A stretch of 64,000 bases of DNA from Octopus vulgaris (GCA_951406725.2 OX597827.1:16244001-16308000); one strand, 5' to 3'; positions 35,707 through 51,333 are shown, counted from the stretch's first letter. Translations and numbers: made by a program. The notes: generated by a model from the sequence alone, not told the origin.

Positions 35707-36900
35707 CAGGGGTTGAACAAAATAATGGAAACACCTTAAAATTTCAGACAAATTTATTTTAATATGGGGTAGGACAGCCTTTGGTAGTAATTACAGCTTG
35801 AATTCTATGAGGTATGGACTCATACAAAGTTTGAATTGTTTCCAAAGGAATTTTTGTCCATTCTTCAGCTAAAACTGTCTCCAGTTCTTGTAGTGATGAT
35901 GGTAGAGGATATCGACTCCTTGCTTGTTTTTCTAAAATGCGCCTTAAATGTTCAATAATATTGAGATCTGGGGACTGTGGTGGCCAGATAAGATGTTGAA
36001 CTTCACTAGAATGTTCCTCGTGCCATTCAGTAACAACTTTAACTGTATGAATTGGTGCATTATCATCCTGAAAGATTGCGTTTCCCCCCGGAAACAGTTC
36101 CGCAACCATAGGATGAATTTGATCAGATAAAATGCTTAAATTGTCTTGACTATTAATTCTACCATGAAGGAAACCATTGGGCTGGTGGATTTCCAAGATA
36201 TAGCCTCCCAGATCATCACAGATCCTCCTCCATGTTTAACAGTTGCAAGAAAGCAGTCTGGGTCAAATGTTTCTTTTGGCTGTCTCCACATGTATACTCG
36301 GCAGATGGTCGGAAATAAGGTAAAGGATGACTCGTCCGAGAAAATAACATTCTTCTACTGCTCTAGGGACCAATTCTGTATGTTTTTACTCCACTCTAAA
36401 CGCTTTGCAATGTTTGTTTCTGAAAGTAGCGGTTTTCTGGTTGCAGCCCTCCCGTGAAATCCGGCTTTGAGCAGCGAACAGTTTTGTGGAAACCGAGTTC
36501 TCGAGGTGGTCATTAAGCTCTGCAGTAATTTTGGGAGCTATACTTTTGTGATTCTTTCTATTTTCTTCCGGAGTTTTGTTTCGACTAGGAGGTTTTTCCC
36601 TCTTTCTCAGAGGCTGTTATTACTTTACAGACAGTATTTCTTGATACCCCAAGCATATCGGCTGCTTTCGTTGTGCTAGCGCCTGCCATACGAACACCAA
36701 CAATTTGACCTCTTTGAAAGTCCGATAGATCTGTCATTTTAATGAATTTTAATTACCTTTTTTTTTTATGATATCTGAAAATAAACAGCAATTTTAGCAA
36801 AACATATTAGGCAACACTAATAATAAATAAAAAAACAACATAAGAATAAACAAGCTTTTGACAGTTTTATAGATATTTTAAAAATTATTTTGCTATTCCC
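35707..36900 (-). mobile_element. Tc1-family transposon remnant; transposase pseudogene 36737->35759 (DD34E)
   Basis: N-terminus MTDLSDFQRGQIVG.RMAGAS; C-terminus FQDDNAPIH...WPPQSPDLNIIEHL...GCPTPY*; a TA-caggggttgaacaaaataatggaaacacc terminus at 35705-35735; frameshifted. Confidence 0.88.
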
Positions 36901-36965
36901 CAACTCATAACATGGTATTTTTCATATCTCATACTGTCATTATTATGTTACCATTATTATATGCA

Positions 36966-37036
<71 letters not shown>

Positions 37037-37387
37037 CATATATATATATGCGTGTGCATGTGCATGTGTGTATTTGTCCCACACCACCGCTTGGCAACCG
37101 GTGTTGGTGTGTTTACGTCGCCGTACATAATGGTTCGACAAAAGAGACCGATAGAATAAGTACCACAGGCTTAGAATAAATGATATGTTCTGGAATCGAT
37201 TCATTCGACTGAAATTCATGGCAGTGCGTAAGCGATAAAAGACAAAGGGAAAAAGTTCCTCCCCCACCCGTCCCCCACACCGCCATTACACACAATCTAT
37301 GACGTAAATAATCGGGAAAAATAAGGAGAATGTTTAGTAAATATCTTTTAGGAAAACAGGAAATTGAAATGAAATAAGTTGAATGAT

Positions 37388-37578
<191 letters not shown>

Positions 37579-37635
37579 ACTTAGGCAAGAAAGGAATAGG
37601 ATGAGAAAATGATGGCTTGGGTGTTGATGGTTAGT

Positions 37636-37745
37636 CGGAAAGAGAGGGGCGAAGGAAGGGGGTGAGAGAGAGAGAGGAGGAGAGGAAGGGGAGGAAGGGG
37701 AGAGAGGAGAGATAGAGAAGAGAGAGCGAGAGCAAGAGGGAAAGC

Positions 37746-37785
<40 letters not shown>

Positions 37786-38226
37786 TACAGGGAGGGAGAT
37801 ATATACAGGGCGAGTGAGAGAAAAAGAAAGCGAGAGAGAGAGAGAGAGAGGAGGAGAGGAAGGGGAGAGAGGAGAGATATAGAAGAGAGAGCGAGAGCAA
37901 GAGGGAAAGCGTGTGAAGGAGAGAGAGAGAGAGAGAGGGATACAGGGAGGGAGATAGATACAGAGCGAGTGAGAGAAAAAGAAAGCGAGAGAGAGAGAGA
38001 GAGGAGGAGAGGAAGGGGAGAGAGGAGAGATATAGAAGAGAGAGCGAGAGCAAGAGGGAAAGCGCGTGAAGGAGAGAGAGAGAGAGAGAGAGAGAGGGAT
38101 ACAGGGAGGGAGATATATACAGGGCGAGTGAGAGAAAAAGAAAGCGAGAGAGAGAGAGAGGAGGAGAGGAAGGGGAGAGAGGAGAGATATAGAAGAGAGA
38201 GCGAGAGCAAGAGGGAAAGCGCGTGA

Positions 38227-38260
<34 letters not shown>

Positions 38261-39710
38261 TACAGGGAGGGAGATAGATACAGAGCGAGTGAGAGAAAAA
38301 AGAAAGCGAGAGAGAGAGAGAGAGGAGGAGAGGAAGGAGAGAGGAGAGATATAGAAGAGAGAGCGAGAGCAAGAGGGAAAGCGTGTGAAGGAGAGAGAGA
38401 GAGAGAGAGAGGGATACAGGGAGGGAGATAGATACAGAGCGAGTGAGAGAAAAGAAAGCGAGAGAGAGAGAGAGGAGAGAGAGGAAGAGAGAGAGAGAGA
38501 GATAGAGAGCAAGAGGGAAAGCGCGAGAGGGAGAGAGAGAGAGAGGGATACAGGGAGGGAGATAGATACAGAGCGAGTGAGAGAAAAAGAAAGCGAGAGA
38601 AAGAGATAGAGAGAGAGAGTGAGAGAAAGAGAGAGAGAGAGACAAAGAGAAATTGAGACTAAGACAGAAAGAGAAAAAGACAGAGAAGAATGAGCGAAAG
38701 AGAAAGAAGAGAGGGAACAAGAGAGAGAGAGAGAAAGAGTAAGAGGAAAAGAGAGGAGATAAAGAAGAGAGAGCGAGAGAGAGAGAAAGAGAGAGATAAG
38801 AGAGATTGAGACAAAGACAGATATAAAAGAGAGAATGAGCTAAAGAGAAAGAATTAAGAGAGCAAACGAGAGACAGAGAGAGAGAGAAATAGATAGATAG
38901 TGAACGAGTGAGAGAAAAAGGAAGTGACAGACAGAGTGAGAGAGAGAGAGAGATAAAGAGAGATTGAGACAGAGACAGGGAGAGGGAGAGAGAAGGAGTT
39001 AGAGTGAGAAGAGAGATCAAGAGTAAGAGAGACAGAAAGCAAGAGCAAAGGCGACAGAATGCATACGCACGAAAGAGAGGGAGAGAGATAGGCTGAGAGA
39101 GAGGCAGAGAGAGGGAGAGAAGGAGAGAGAGATAGAGGGATGGAGAGAGAGGGAGAGAAGGAGAAGGAGGGAGAGGGATGGAGAGAGAGGGAGAGAAGGA
39201 AAGAGAGGGAGAGAAGGAGAGAGAGGGAGAGAAGGAGAGAGAGGGAGAGAAGGAGAGAGAGAGGGATGGAGAGAGAGAGATAGAGGGATGGAGAGAGAGG
39301 GAGAGAAGGAGAGGGAGGGAGAGAAGGAAAGAGAGGGAAAGAAGGAGAGAGAGGGGGAGAAGGAAAGAGAGGGAGAGAAGGAGAGAGAGAGATAGAGGGA
39401 TGGAGAGAGAGGGAGAGAAGGAGAGAGAGGGAGAGAAGAAAAGAGAGGGAGAGAAGGAGAGAGAGATAGAGGGATGGAGACCAAGACAGAGAGGAAGAAG
39501 AGAGAGAGAGTGACAAAGAAAGAAGAAAGGGAACAAGAGAGAGAAGGGGGAGAGAAAGAGGGAGAGAGAGAGGGAGGGAGAGAGAAGGAGAGAAAGAAGA
39601 GAGAAGAATGCCAAAGAAAGAAGTGAACAAAAGAGAGAAGAGGGAGAGAAAGAGGGAGGGAGAGATGGAGGGAGAGAGGGAGGGAGAGAGAAGGAGAGAG
39701 AGAAAAGGAG
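37636..39710 (+). repeat. ~2-kb polypurine (GA-rich) tract including a ~160-bp higher-order minisatellite (~6 units, 37680-38600)
   Basis: Recurring gagcgagagcaagagggaaagcgtgtgaagg(ag)n ggatacagggagggagatagatacagagcgagtgagagaaaaagaaagcg. Confidence 0.9.
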
Positions 39711-39969
39711 TATATTGGTTAAACTGGAAACATCCCCCAACTCATAACTGGTATTTTTCATATCTCATACTTTTCAGAATGGTAATTGGGCAGAAACAAT
39801 CTTTTACACACACGGCATACACACATGTATATACGCCAAACATTCGCACGTGTACGGCGTGTGTATATGTGTGTATGTGTGTGTATGTGTGTGTGTGTGT
39901 GTGTATGTGTGTGTGTGTGTATGTATGTGTGTGTGTGTGTGTGTATGTGTGTGTGAGTGTGTGTGTGTA

Positions 39970-40129
<160 letters not shown>

Positions 40130-40832
40130 TTTGTGTGTGTGTGTGCGTGTGTGTGTATGTGTGTGTGTGTGTGTGTGTGTGCGTCTGTACTTAAAACTGA
40201 GGTGATGTTGCACATATGTGTGTAGGTATTTGTTTATATTTGTATGTGCGTTTGCGTATTTCTTTAGTGTGTATATATGTGTTTATGCATTTGTGTGCGT
40301 ATGTGTATGCGTACTTATCCCTATCTACGCGTATGCATATGCACACACCGCGAGCATGCGTATACATACATACATACACACACATACATGCATGCATACA
40401 TACATACACATACATGCATACATACATACATACATACATACACACACATACATACACACACATAAATACACACACATACATGCATGCATACCTACATACA
40501 TACATACATACATACATACATACATACATACATACACACATACATACATACACACACACGCATGCATACATACATACATGCATACATACATACATACATA
40601 CATACATGCATACATACATACACACACATACATGCATACATACACACATACATACATACATACATACATACATACACACACATACATACACACACATTCA
40701 TGCATGCATACATACATACATATATATATATACATACATACATACATACACACACATACATACACACATACATGCATGCATACATACATACATACATACA
40801 TACATGCATACATACATACACACACATACATG

Positions 40833-40876
<44 letters not shown>

Positions 40877-41119
40877 CATACACACACATACATACACACA
40901 CATACATGCATGCATACATACATACATACATACATATATATACATACATACATACATACACACACACCCATACATACACATACATGCATGCATACATACA
41001 TAATACATACATATATACATACATACATACATGCATACATACATACACACACGTACATGCATACATACATACACATTTACATACATACATACATACACAT
41101 TTACATACATACAGCTAGG

Positions 41120-42145
41120 ACACTCTATAATGAAATCTGTCGGAAGCATAACCTCGAGGACAACGAAATAAAAACCCACAGTATGATAGAATCCATTGCC
41201 ACTCATAATAAAAAGGAATACTGGTGGAATCCCTCATGTGAAGATCTCAATAAACTGTAAGCACAACAGACCTGATATGATTTGAGATAGAGAGAAGAAA
41301 CTGTGTACAATTGCGGAAATTAGCTGCCCAGCAGATGTTGACATCTGAAAATCAGTGAAAAAGAGAACACCTGCGCTGAACTATTGAGAAATCTGAAGTT
41401 ACAAGTTCAGGTTTATACCTGTAATTATTGGGGTCCTGGGATATGTAACACACTGCCTAAATACCAATCTTGAGAAATAAGGCTAATCAAAACCAGAAAG
41501 GAGAAAGCTAATTCGAAGATTACAGATCCAATTCATCACTGGAACTGTAAAAATCTGTAAAACTTTCCAGAAGTTTATCATTTAAATATATTTGAGAATG
41601 TCCAGATATGCAACTATATGCATGGGAATACATATATAAAACAAAACGTACAAATCTGCACATATACATAAGGGAAGCACTCCGTCGGTTACGACGATGA
41701 GGATTCCGGTTGATCCGATCAACGGAACAGCCTGCTCGTGAAATTAACGTGTAAGTGGCTGAGCACTCCACAGACACGTGTACCCTTAACGTAGTTCTCG
41801 GGGATATTCAGCGTGACACAGAGAATGACAAAGCCGGCCCCTTGAAATACAGGTACAACAGAAACAGGAAGTAAGAGTGAGAGAAAGTTGTGGTGAAAGA
41901 GTACAGCAGGGATCACCACCATTCCCTGCCGGAGCCTCGTGGAACTTTTAGGTGTTTTCGCTCAATAAACACTCACAACGCCCGGTCTGGGAATCGAAAC
42001 CGCGATCCTATGACCGCGAGTCCGCTGCCCTAACCATTGGGCCATTGCGCCTCCACATATACATACATACATACATACATACAAACAAAAATACCCTGTT
42101 GTTGATGTTGAAATTCCAATGACGGAGCCTTGAGTCTAGGTTTAA
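41120..42145 (+). mobile_element. RLE-type (R4/Dong-like) LINE 3' fragment, decayed, interrupted by a SINE B
   Basis: Translates LYNEICRKH...YWW...CKHNRPDMI.DREKKLCTIAEISCP...FIPVIIGVLG, a restriction-like endonuclease PD..D/E motif. Confidence 0.75.
41673..42056 (-). mobile_element. SINE family B, tail type 2
   Basis: Reverse complement of the 28827/32394 copies. Confidence 0.9.
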
Positions 42146-42350
42146 AAAATCTGCATTGCCAGGCACCTTGACAGTCGCTACTGTTGTTTGTTTAGCCTCA
42201 GATCATCTTTGGTCAAACAAACATATGCCCAATACATTCCAGCCATAACCACCCCAGGCAATGCATGCAGAACTACATTATCTAAAGTGCTTCAGATGGA
42301 AAAGTATGGTATGAGAAGAATTTGGTTGTTATTTCTAGCGTGTCGAATGA

Positions 42351-42670
42351 TTTTTTAAAATTTATGCGCCCTTTTCAAGCCTAGCCAGGCTCATGGGCCC
42401 GGTTTCCCGGTTTCTGTGGCGTATGTGTTCCCCCAGTTAAACGGGACGCCAAGTCCATCGCAGCGTTACTGAAGAAACAGGAAGAGAGAGTGAGAGAAAG
42501 TTGTGGTGAAAGAGTACAGCAGGGATCATCACCACCCCCTGCAAGAGCCTCGTAGAGCTTTAGGTGTTTTTGCTCAATAAACACACACAACACCCGGTCT
42601 GGGAATCGAAACCGTGTTCCTCCGACCGCGAGTTCGCTTCCCCTAACCACTGGGCCATTGCGGCTCCACC
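42351..42670 (-). mobile_element. SINE family B, tail type 3
   Basis: Same head with a different tail (aaaccgggaaaccgggcccatgagcctggctagg); TSD gtcgaatga (42342-50 and 42671-79). Confidence 0.8.
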
Positions 42671-42716
42671 GTCGAATGAAAACAGAGATTTCCCCGAATT
42701 TTGACAGTGAAATGTT

Positions 42717-43146
42717 GGATCTTTTCGGTTTGAACGGCAGTTTTTAACATAATTTCTAGGTAACCAAAAAATTTTAAACTTCGTATACTGGTAGAATGTG
42801 TTTATAAAACATCTTTTTCTCTTGGCTTTATTGAGAAAATTCTATAGTTTGTAAGATATTTGTTGTTTTTTTCTTCAATTTCTGCAATTTCAACCAATTG
42901 CTGACGTCCATTGAGGTAAAAAACATTCTGTGCTGTATGAATATGTCCCTCATTTAAGAAACAGATTGGGTTTATTTACATTTGTGAAGAAAAAAAGATA
43001 CCCTTCCCCCCATCCCTAACCCTAACCCTAATTAACCCTAACCCTAAAATAGATTGAAATGCAATAGATCGATACTAGGGTCATAATTATGGGTGACAAT
43101 TTCATGACACCGCAATAAAAAACTACCGTTCAAACCGAAAAGATCC
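42717..43146. mobile_element. Merlin-like MITE copy
   Basis: TIRs; TSD gaaatgtt; internal (CCCTAA)n-like run. Confidence 0.9.
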
Positions 43147-43674
43147 GAAATGTTTAACCCAGCATTCTCCTTCACCTGGTTAGCCAGAAATTTAGTATTT
43201 ACAACCCCTCCACCCCCATCCGTTCACACCCCATTTGCTAAGTTATTCACCTGAGAGCTCGACTGACTTGACGAACAAAATCTGAGACCAGTTCATTATA
43301 ATTATCTGGGATGCATTTATAAATGTACAAGGGGTGTGCAGGTATTTTTACATCACGATTATGACGTTGCCAATGATGAAGTTGATGATGACGACGATAA
43401 TAATAACCATGACAACGACGACGACGACGACGACGATGATAATGGGAATATTAACTGTCATGATGATGATGTTGATGATAATGATCATAACAATGATGAC
43501 GGTGGCGCTGCTGATGGTGACACGGCTGATTTAGTAAATTAGCATAAGTGGTGGTCTCCTTCCTAAAACGCTAAACCTGTAAAATACAATTTTGCTCTAC
43601 AGTGGCTTTTAATATCGATAGAAATCCTCTTTGATTAAAATCATTTAGCAGATATATATATATATATATATATG

Positions 43675-43718
<44 letters not shown>

Positions 43719-43774
43719 TAACATATATATATACACATATAAACACACACACAATATATAATATATATATACAG

Positions 43775-43957
<183 letters not shown>

Positions 43958-44053
43958 TATATATATATATACACACACACATACACACACACATATATAT
44001 ATATATATATACATATATCTATATACATATATATACATACATACATACATACA

Positions 44054-44129
<76 letters not shown>

Positions 44130-44361
44130 CGTGTGTGTTAGTGTGTGTGTGTGTACAAACACGGAACTGAATTTTATTTGGAAGTTATAAATTATAAATG
44201 AGGTTTTAGAGTACTGATAATCTTTTCTAATTCTGTTCATTATGAAGCAGAAAGTAGAGATCAAAGCAAAAATATGCATTTCTGTAAAAGTTTTTGTCTA
44301 GTTAGTTGACAAACACAATTTTAACAATATGTTAACTTTCATGTTAATTTACCTGTTAAAG

Positions 44362-45101
44362 TATATGGTAATAATGGAATTTTTTAGAAATTTCTTTCGA
44401 CCTTTTTTCGAGTAGCGTGCGTATTGTGAAAAAATTATATGGTTAATGGACAATATGTCCAATTTTTCGGCATAGTTGGCATTAGAAATTTTTTCCTTTG
44501 CCCTCATTTATGAATTGTTTATAAATTTAACCGTTAAAGGTATTTTTTAATATGCTGGCCATTGATAAAATTTTTTTCGAGAAAATATATTTTTTTTCGA
44601 AAAGAATTTTATCCTCACATTTGATATACATTTAAGCGTTCACTTCCGGACTGACTAACTCACTCTGTGAGAGCCTCAGTTCAAATCGCACGTGCCTCGA
44701 ATGGGCTGGAGTATTTCTATTTTGGATGTATTTGGGGTACTTAGTTGTGCCCATGACTTAGTATTTGCTTCTTCCATGGGTCGTGAGTAAGTATCTCATT
44801 TATTTCTTTTGCCACATGTATCACTGACGAAGAGAGGGCTCTTAGTAGCTAACTCTGAAATCGGTCCTATATGGTAATAATGGAATTTTTAAGAAATTTC
44901 TGTCGACCTTTTTTCGAGTAGCGTGCGTATTGTGAAAAAATTATATGGTTAATGGACAATATGTCCAATTTTTCGGCATATTTGGCATTAGAAATTTTTT
45001 CATTTGCCCTCATTTATGAATTGTTTATAAATTTAACCGTTAAAGGTATTTTTTAATATGCTGGCCATTGATCAAATTTTTTTCGAAAAGAATTTTATCC
45101 T

Positions 45102-45107
<6 letters not shown>
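44362..45107 (+). mobile_element. Non-coding direct-repeat element (44362-44621 ~ 44868-45107) with a hammerhead-like motif at the repeat junction
   Basis: ~240-bp direct repeat with a 506-bp period. CTGACGA-agag..ctct-GAAA-tcgGTC at 44824-44866 lies immediately before the second repeat. Confidence 0.65.
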
Positions 45108-45157
<50 letters not shown>

Positions 45158-45193
45158 TTGTCCCCCCCACACACACACACACACATGTTGGTG

Positions 45194-45242
<49 letters not shown>

Positions 45243-45574
45243 GCTTACAAAGAATAACTCCTGGGGTCGATCTGTTCGACTAAAGGCGGTACTCCAGCAT
45301 GGCCACAGTCAAATGACTGAAACAAGTAAAAGAATAAAAGAATATGCAGTTCACAGATGAAGTCCAAATATCCTCCATATAGAAAACACCCCAGAAACAG
45401 CTGTTGAGCTTGTAATACTTTCCTTCCTCACCTTTAATTTTTACTCTCATTTGCACTCTGCGTAAGTTGAACATTTTTGTATGTATACATATATATACAT
45501 ATTTTATATTTGATCTATTTAATATACTTTATATATTGAGGTGTTTAATTTTCTTATCCCCACATTTGTTTATA

Positions 45575-45634
<60 letters not shown>

Positions 45635-45635
<1 letters not shown>

Positions 45636-46593
45636 CAGTTAAATAAAGTTACAACATGGCCTGGTTTTCACATTTTTTATTACTGTATTTAAGAAAAAAA
45701 TTTTTTTACAACGTTGAAATGTGTTAAGCAATAGAAAAGTTTTTAATGTTCATAAAGTTCAATTATCGCTTTCATACGTTCGTAGTAATCATCAGATTCC
45801 AAAATGTATTGACTGACAGTTGAGTTGCGTGCTTGACAACTGTAGTAAAATGACTGACTTCTTCTTTTTTTATACCTTTTAGAAGAGAATTTATAATCGG
45901 AACGCTCACGAGTTCACAAAGAACAAATCCAGAACACTAATGTTCGCCAAATTCCATTGAGCGAACATATAGAAAATGCTTCTAATTTTTCCTTTCGCAA
46001 ATTACATGACACAAGTGAAGCTGGAAGAAAGATAAAAGAAAAAAACGTTTCATTAAAATGTTCAAACCTGTTCTGAACGGAAATAACAACAATAATATAA
46101 CAACCAGTTAATGATGTGGATTAAAAAATATCTTTAAAATATGAATATAAACGAATTACAGAAGACTTCCACCAATTAAAATAAACTCACTAAGTTTGCT
46201 CACTCATAAAACCATCCTATGTAAACCGCAAGCTAACTGGTTAAAATAAACGTAGGTTCTATACCAGTTATATCGGTGCGCCCGGAAAGCCGTGGCGTTT
46301 AAGCTGCATGCTGATTGGTCAAAACCGTATTCGAAAAATTCAGCTTGTTGGAATCTTCTAAAAGGTCTAAAAAGGAAGAAGTCGGTCATTTTACTACAGT
46401 TGTCAAGCACTCAACTCAACTGTTAGTCAATACATTTTGAAATCTGATGATTACTACAAACGTATGAAAGCGCTAATTGAAATTTATGAATATTACAAAA
46501 TGGTCTTTTAAAGTTTAATATATTTCAACGTTGTAAAAATTACAATAATAAAAAACGAGAAAACCAGACCATGTTGTAACTTTATTCAACTGA
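45635..46593. mobile_element. Non-autonomous DNA transposon with ~250-bp diverged TIRs, in a TA context
   Basis: tcagttaaataaagttacaacatgg... versus ...ccatgttgtaactttattcaactga; inverted similarity covers 45635-45886 / 46354-46593. Confidence 0.8.
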
Positions 46594-46644
46594 TATATTA
46601 TTCTATACACAATTTCGGATATATATATACATATATATATATAT

Positions 46645-46965
<321 letters not shown>

Positions 46966-46983
46966 TAGCCCAAAAATTTATGT

Positions 46984-47034
<51 letters not shown>

Positions 47035-47104
47035 TATACATAGACATATATACATACACACAGACACATAGACATATGGATATATAAATATAAATATATA
47101 TGAA

Positions 47105-47188
<84 letters not shown>

Positions 47189-47336
47189 GGGAGAGTTTAC
47201 GAAAACCACAAAAGACGAAGGCAGGTGGTGTACAAAACAAGCAGACGTATTAGTATAACGCTCAGGAATAGAAAAAGTCTTTCACGTTTCGAGCATATGC
47301 TCTTCTACTGAAAGAGACACAGAAAAAACAAGGAGA

Positions 47337-47432
<96 letters not shown>

Positions 47433-47949
47433 TGATGTATATATATATGTATATGTTTATGCATGTGATCCTGTCATTACGTGTCGTATTGTGTTACATA
47501 TTTCAATCTGAGCGGTTGTTATTGTTGTTGGTGTTGTTGTTTCTGTATTGTAAATGTCTTTATTACGCACTTGTTATTGTCTTGCATTGTATCGTAATGC
47601 GGCGAAATGTTTTTTTTTTTTCCCAAGGTTCTTCATTAACCAAATCAAGGAAATCATGTTAACAACAGCGACGGTGTTCCTTTAATTGCATCGGTGAACG
47701 AGGTTCGCGTGACGATGATTCTTTTGCCTGCCGTCCATGTCTGCAAAGGGTGTTTTCGTTTCTCTTATTCCTTACCCGGGTGGCAAACAAAACAAAAAGC
47801 AAAAAAAAAACCCCAAAAAAGCAGCAACAACAATAAATTCAAAACTGATTATTATTCTAGTTTTGATTAATGTTATTAGTATTGTTATTTTCACCTTTTT
47901 TCCCTTCTTTCTTTTCTAGTTTCTTTCTTTCTTTCTTTTTTCATTCACG

Positions 47950-48490
47950 TGTTTCTCCTCCTCCCCCTCACCTTCTCCCTCCTCCTCTTTCTTCTTCCCC
48001 TCCTCCCCTCCTCCTCCTCTTTCACCTTCTTCCTCCCCCTCCCCATGCCAAATCTCCCCTCCCCCCAATCTAGCTTCCCCACTATCCCCCAATCTCCCCT
48101 CTCTCCTCCCCCTTCTCTTCAACCCTCCCTCACCTCCCATCTCCCCTCCTATTTTCTTTGCCGTTTCTCCTCCCCTCTCCCCTTTCTCCTTTTCCTCTTC
48201 CTTCTTTCTTCTTCTTCTTCTTCTCCTTTTTCCACTCCTCCTTCTTCTTCTCCTTTTTCCACTCCTCCTTCTTCTTCTCCTTTTCTTTTTCCATCTTCTT
48301 CTTCTTCGTCTTCTCCTTCTCCTCCTCCTTCTTCTTCTTCTTCTTCTTCTTCTTCCTCTCCTCCTTCTTCTTCTCCTTTTCTTTTTCCATCTTCTTCTTC
48401 TTCTTCTTCTTCCTCTCCTCCTTCTTCTTCTCCTTTTCTTTTTCCATCTTCTTCTTCTTCTTCTTCTTCTTCTTCTTCTTCTTCTTCTTC
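47950..48490 (+). repeat. Polypyrimidine (CCT/CTT)n low-complexity tract
   Basis: Direct inspection. Confidence 0.9.
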
Positions 48491-48846
48491 ATTTTGTTAT
48501 ATATCGTGTCAATATCGAAAAGACTTTCGAAATACTATAAAAAAGTAAATAAATCAGCCCCCCCCCGCCTCAGTCGCATATTCATATTTTAGACTCATAA
48601 AGAAATTGATGTGATATTTTTTTTTAATATATTGGTATATTTATTGATTTATTTATATTTCTAAATATTACATTACATTATTTTATACTTTTTATTGTAT
48701 TTTCTTCATGTCCGATTCCTCTACCCAACGCCTGTTTTTATGTGGAAACTTTGTGGAGTCTGATGTCCTGAAGACTATTAAGCGCTAATAAAAATTCGAT
48801 GTGCCATTTCATACGTATGTATTTATGTACAAATATATACATATAC

Positions 48847-48925
<79 letters not shown>

Positions 48926-49124
48926 CATACATACATATATATATATATGTATGTATACGTATATATATATGTATATATACATACATATGTATATATGCGT
49001 ACGTATATACAAAAACATATATATACGGTCATAAATCTATCTCCCTATATATATATGTATATGTATATACATATATGAATATATACACACATACATACAT
49101 ACACACATACATACATATACATAC

Positions 49125-49177
<53 letters not shown>

Positions 49178-49386
49178 GGGAGGCGGCCACATTCTGTATG
49201 TATATATACATATACATACAGTAGGCCGCTACGTTCTGAGTTCAAATTCCGCCGAGGTCGACTTTACCTTTCATCCTTTCGAGGTCAATGAAATGAGCAC
49301 CAGTTTCGCACTGGAGTCGATGTGATCGACTAGCTCCCTTCCCCGCAAAGTTTTTAAGGCATTGTGCCTAGAGTAGAAACGATTAA

Positions 49387-49445
<59 letters not shown>

Positions 49446-49638
49446 GCCATGTTTGACCGCTGAACTCTACAAGTTTGTTTTAATCATTTTCTCTCTGTTT
49501 ATTTTCTTTTATTCTTTTCTGCTGAAGAGCGTAGGCTCGAAACATAAAGGACTTTTAAATTTTTCCCGAGCGTCGAAGTAATCCACTTGCTAGTTGTTCA
49601 TACACCTGTCTTTGCCTTTTGTTCTTCTATAAATTCCT

Positions 49639-49747
<109 letters not shown>

Positions 49748-49764
49748 ATATGTGTATATATATG

Positions 49765-49851
<87 letters not shown>

Positions 49852-49858
49852 GTACATG

Positions 49859-49955
<97 letters not shown>

Positions 49956-49959
49956 GCGA

Positions 49960-51040
49960 TTCTTTTACATCTTCTTTTAACAGGAACGGCTTGACCTATT
50001 AGTTACAACGGTGTTGGAGAGCATAAAGATTAATGTTATAGTTGAGAAAAAATTTGCCGATTTGGAGGACTGGAATCCATCTGAAATGAAAAAAAGGTTT
50101 TTGTATCATGTTGTGGGGTCAAAACGCCGACATCATGACTGCTGCTCAATGCTCTGTGAACACTGTAAAGGCTTTAAGGCGTCATATGGACATCTCTAAG
50201 GATGGTACGAACCCGTGGCCAGCAGGAAAAAAACACAACAAGCGTTTTGACTGTCCGCACACCGAACGCAGCCAAAACTGTAGGATAAGATGATGAAAGA
50301 TCCGCCCAAGGCTATCCAGGTTTGACGTGGGAAATGGGCGTTGGGGCCGCGAGCTTGTACTGAATGATGACCTTCGCTACCATTTACACAAGAGGCGCAA
50401 AGGACAAATTCTGACAGCCATAGCCAAGGAGAACCGCTTGATGAAAGGAAACTCCTGAATAAGGTGAGGCATCCTGTTGAGCCGGGGATGATCTGGTTTT
50501 TCTAAGACGAAAAAAAAAAGAAAGAACTTTCACCAGGACCAGTTGCACAGCATCAAGAACAACAAAATCTATATGGGGTCCCACGTATCTTGGAAACCCA
50601 AATCCTCCAGATAGTGATGGTCTTTGGGTAGATTTTCAGTGAAGATGGTGTCATGCCGCCCCAAATCTTTGAACAGGGTCGTAGGCTCAATTAAGACGGA
50701 ATTGTAAAACTGCTGGCGATTGTGATCAATCCCTGGCTGCAGAAGGTTGCTGCTGAAAGGCCATGTGTGTAGAAACAAGATTCGGCTTCTTGCCATACCA
50801 CCGGAAAGAGTCAGATGAAGCCGTTGGAAAATTTATACGACTTCACCAGCTCCAGTTTCTCACCTAATTTAACCGCTTTTAACCTCATGGATTATTATGT
50901 ATGGGACACGGTCGAGAACGACATCAACCGCTCTTCTTGCAACACAAAGGCCGAGCTGTTGGCAAAGATCAAGGAAGTATTCAAAGGTCTTTCCAGGAGT
51001 ACAGCAAAGAACACATGCACCAGGTTCTGGAGATGTCTTA
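49960..51040 (+). pseudogene. Decayed Tc1/mariner-superfamily transposase (DD37D/maT-like)
   Basis: Fragments WFF*DEK, VMVFG..SE.GVMPP, QDSASCHT and SPNL..FNLMDYYVWDTVE; a third catalytic Asp in an NPMDY-like motif. Confidence 0.7.
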
Positions 51041-51333
51041 TGACACAGCCACTCCTGCGCCTGTTATATATATATATATACTTTATATAATTAGGGTTCA
51101 GCAAAAAAAAATGCTCTACCACATACCGACTCTGCCAGCTCGCCGCCTTAATAATAATAATAATCCTTTTTTCTGGAAGGACGAGGCCTCAAATTATGGG
51201 GAAGCGATTAAGTCGATTACATCGACTCCAATACGCAACTGGTACTTAATTTATCGACCTCGAAAGGATGAAAGGCAAAGTCGACCTCTACGGAATTTGA
51301 AATCAGAACGTGACCACGGACGAAATGCTGCTA

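Noticed and set aside
37581-39761. 726-aa Leu/Ser ORF
   Set aside because: It is a translation of a (CT)n-rich strand that lacks stop codons by composition.
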